A stretch of DNA of 56,600 bases, filler included, from Circinaria calcarea (taxonomy: Eukaryota), in the NCBI GenBank assembly GCA_051942165.1. It is 4 parts of 4 records of this genome, joined end to end, with 100 filler letters (N's around TTAATTAATTAA, not from the genome) between each part and the next. Parts side by side here need not be neighbours in the genome. Positions count along the whole stretch, not along the records: positions 42,547 to 56,600 come from JAVECS010000458.1; 3 more parts are not named here. One strand, given 5' to 3'. Shown here piece by piece: positions 54,974 to 56,600 of this stretch. The position numbers were made by a program, and so were the translations under genes. The notes beneath the pieces are model-generated. The model ran no database searches, was not told the origin of the DNA, and saw only the letters and a list, made by a program, of their open reading frames with translations. Each line of letters opens with the position of its first letter. Positions within the stretch are counted from its first letter, which is position 1.

Positions 54974-56103
54974 ATGATGGCTGGGATTTCGAATACCAGA
55001 TAACTCCATAGCGCTATGACGTACCATATCACTCTGACTCCGCTACAAACTGCTACTGTTGAAGTAACGTATCCTTATGACCGGGTGGAAGAGTGGCTGG
55101 GAACCGACAACTTGATAACAGGTTTGGGTCATCCCTTTCCACCAAGCCAAGCACGCCGGGAAAGGGCGCCCGAAGCGACCGGATGATGATTTCTGGTCAA
55201 AGATAGTTTTCTCGCGGGAACCAAGATCGTCCCGAGCGGAACGAGGCGGTTCGTCAAACCTGGTGGCGATTAGCTACGGAAATGACCTTGGCGGAAGCTT
55301 GTTGGGTGTAGGCTGAGCCATTGGCGCCTGAGACGTTTACTATGAAGATTCTGCAAGGGCAGGCGCCTATGAGGCTCTCCCCAGCGCCATTAAAGGGCTT
55401 CGCCATTGCATCATGTCCGCCTTTCACCCATTGGGTCGTTAATTCCTCTGGAGCATTTTCAAGTAGTCTTCGTATGTCCCTAGGTATCAGGTAGGTATTT
55501 TTCGCCGCCGGTCAAGCTTTGAGGGCAAAGATGACCCTAACTCAATTCTGATATTATGCTGCTGCTGCAAACCACAATCTACTCAACACCAAGAGAGGCA
55601 CATCGGATAGCGCTCTCGACATGCACTCTGCATGCGCTCTATTCCCAAGCCCCACATGGGGTCGCTCTCAGCTGTTGCGGGATTGGCTTGACGTCGCTCC
55701 AAGGTGGCGCCCCGACGGATCATGCCAGGTCTCGAGGAAATATCACCGGCCGGAATAGTTCACTGTGTGCCATTTTCGCATCCGCGAACCAGTCGCAATC
55801 ACCGTGTTCTTCGACTACCTACTGCGCTACATTTACATCCATCACTGCACTAAGAAAATTGTGTATTACTGACATGAATGGATAAAGAGTCGAAGCTACG
55901 GATTGGAAGACGTACACAGGCCATGAAATGGGTCTTATGGCCGTCTATGCAGTATTCATAATTTCGGTCGCCTCTACGAAGGAGCGCGTTTTTAGTCTCC
56001 GCGCCCCAGCAGAGTGCCTTTGTGCGCGGAGGCTGGAAACACGCCCCTTTGTGCTTTCCTCTCTGTAAATTCCCAGCTCGCAGTTTCGTTCTTTACTGGA
56101 GAT

Positions 56104-56600
56104 ATGCGTTGCTTGCCAGAGATTCTTTGCATAAATCAGACGGCTAAATATGATCAATTGGAACTCTCTTCATCCACGGATATTCCGCGCCCCAAACAAA
56201 GATCTCCAGGAGGTTGGAGGATAGGTATTATCGTCGGCGCAGTAACAGTGTTCGCTGTACTAATTACAAACATCTCTCTTTTGGCTTGGGCGAGCAATCA
56301 CACGCTCTCCACGGTGGGAGATGGCATTTTCACGCTTTACCAAGGTTCATGCAAGGAGATGAGCATCATATCTACATGGTCCCATCTCGCTATTAATGTG
56401 CTTAGTACCTTGCTACTAAGTGCCAGCAATGCGTGTATGCAGTGCCTGAGCGCGCCGACAGACACGAGATCGACCGAGCTCATGCTAAAGGCATCTGGCT
56501 TGATATTGGGGTATCCGGTATCCGAAATCTACGACGGATTTACAAAGGACGATGGCTCCTTTGGATTTGTCTCGCTTTGAGCTCAATTCCACTCCATTTA
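56104..56600 (+). pseudogene. DUF6536-family membrane protein with a frameshift at ~56460; runs off window end
   Basis: GWRIG..NISLLAWA..LYQGSC..HLAINVLSTLLLSASNACMQCLSAPT, continuing in a shifted frame as RHEIDRAHAKGIWLDIGVSGIRNLRRI..LWICLALSSIPLHL. Confidence 0.75.

Noticed and set aside
55250..55530. Second extended stem-loop (GGCGCCTG/CAGGCGCC core)
   Set aside because: Only 8-9-bp stems with many bulges; not distinguishable from chance without computation.

Overview
Eukaryotic DNA from a filamentous ascomycete (Pezizomycotina, possibly a lichen-forming lecanoromycete; inference only). Evidence: short GT-AG introns with CTRAY branch sites and recognisable fungal genes. The window is four separate sequence blocks joined by artificial 100-nt N44-TTAATTAATTAA-N44 linkers (14095, 28285, 42447), so adjacency across them is not established. 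Block 1 (1-14094) is gene-dense: F-box-like/DUF7730-type protein, amidoligase-2 protein, stress-type SDR, HEM2, Mid2-like sensor, PQ-loop transporter, RPP1 and a DUF2408/Cub1-like gene. Block 2 has NCS6/CTU1, an ~8 kb gene desert and a four-finger C2H2 transcription factor with a Q-rich tail. Block 3 has a two-finger C2H2 gene, an F-box-like Cys-rich gene, an Opy2-like gene, a cupin and a class III chitin synthase. Block 4 is accessory-looking: FMO 3' end, small secreted Cys-rich protein, GNAT, alpha/beta hydrolase, HET-domain protein, small membrane protein and a frameshifted DUF6536 gene. I see no unambiguous new multi-gene system. The best leads are: a secreted 8-Cys peptide whose pro-region is 11 consecutive X-Ala/X-Pro dipeptides (melittin/alpha-factor-like processing); a ~280-nt intergenic foldback plus smaller hairpins; a ~1.5 kb ATG-depleted leader with uORFs and a frame-preserving intron in the C2H2 factor; and two GC-AG introns with identical donors.
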